This document shows positions 31,741 through 32,000 of a stretch of DNA of 32,000 nucleotides, piece after piece. The stretch's first letter is position 1. The number at the start of each line of letters is the position of its first letter. This DNA comes from Mycobacterium tuberculosis H37Rv (lineage in GTDB: Bacteria > Actinomycetota > Actinomycetes > Mycobacteriales > Mycobacteriaceae). The notes below the pieces were generated by a model that saw only the letters and a program-made list of their open reading frames with translations, ran no database searches and was not told where the DNA came from. The stretch is taken from assembly GCF_000195955.2 (NCBI RefSeq), contig NC_000962.3, positions 3,390,001 through 3,422,000 on the forward strand, in the 5' to 3' direction. Position numbers and translations under genes: made by a program.

Positions 31741-32000
31741 TTAGAGCCACCAGGAAGCGGCAGCGTCCAGATGGCGGCGGGTGCGGCAACGGGCCAGGCT
31801 GTCGTCACCAGAGCCGATCGCTTCGAGAATCCGTACGTGGGCATGTCCCACAGCGACCACGTCGCTCCATGTCGGCAGCGCCTGCTCTGTGCTCGACAAG
31901 TGCCGGCGGAACAGCTCGACCAGTATCAGCAGGAACAGATCCAGCATCGTATTGCCGGCCGCTCGCGCCAGTCCGACGTGGAACCGAAACTCCTCGACGG
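31741..32000 (-). CDS. C-terminal part of a GntR/FadR-family regulator (Rv3060c-like), runs off the right edge
   Basis: VEEFRFHVGLARAAGNTMLDLFLLILVELFRRHLSSTEQALPTWSDVVAVGHAHVRILEAI: FCD-type ligand domain; open to the window end. Confidence 0.85.
   Translation of the reverse strand, partial: VEEFRFHVGLARAAGNTMLDLFLLILVELFRRHLSSTEQALPTWSDVVAVGHAHVRILEAIGSGDDSLARCRTRRHLDAAASWWL

Overview
High-GC actinobacterial chromosome segment. Protein sequences match, from memory, the Mycobacterium tuberculosis complex region Rv3031-Rv3060c (no database was searched). It is densely coding, with housekeeping and metabolic genes and no transposase, tRNA, rRNA or CRISPR array that I could see. Main content: GH57/GT4 pair for methylglucose-lipopolysaccharide synthesis, DUF4333 lipoprotein, trimeric-LbH transferase, beta-propeller protein, echA17, Nudix hydrolase, ABC ATPase, serB2, ctaD, fecB, adhC, nrdF2, BVMO-like monooxygenase, nrdHIE, FMN reductase/TetR divergon, dinP, SDR, TetR, cyp136, and a GntR-family gene running off the right edge. 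Best leads: (1) a tandem pair of tiny putative lipoproteins (50 and 46 aa, 31278-31640) with equally long 29-aa signal peptides and a gap-free shared Q/LPxxEL mature pattern; (2) paired NrdR-box-like sites upstream of nrdF2 and nrdHIE, where the nrdHIE pair is pushed out of its 32-bp spacing by an exact 14-bp tandem duplication; (3) an apparent frameshift that breaks a small gene (Rv3047c-like); (4) an in-frame lipoprotein signal peptide upstream of the Rv3035-like ORF with no ATG/GTG/TTG start.
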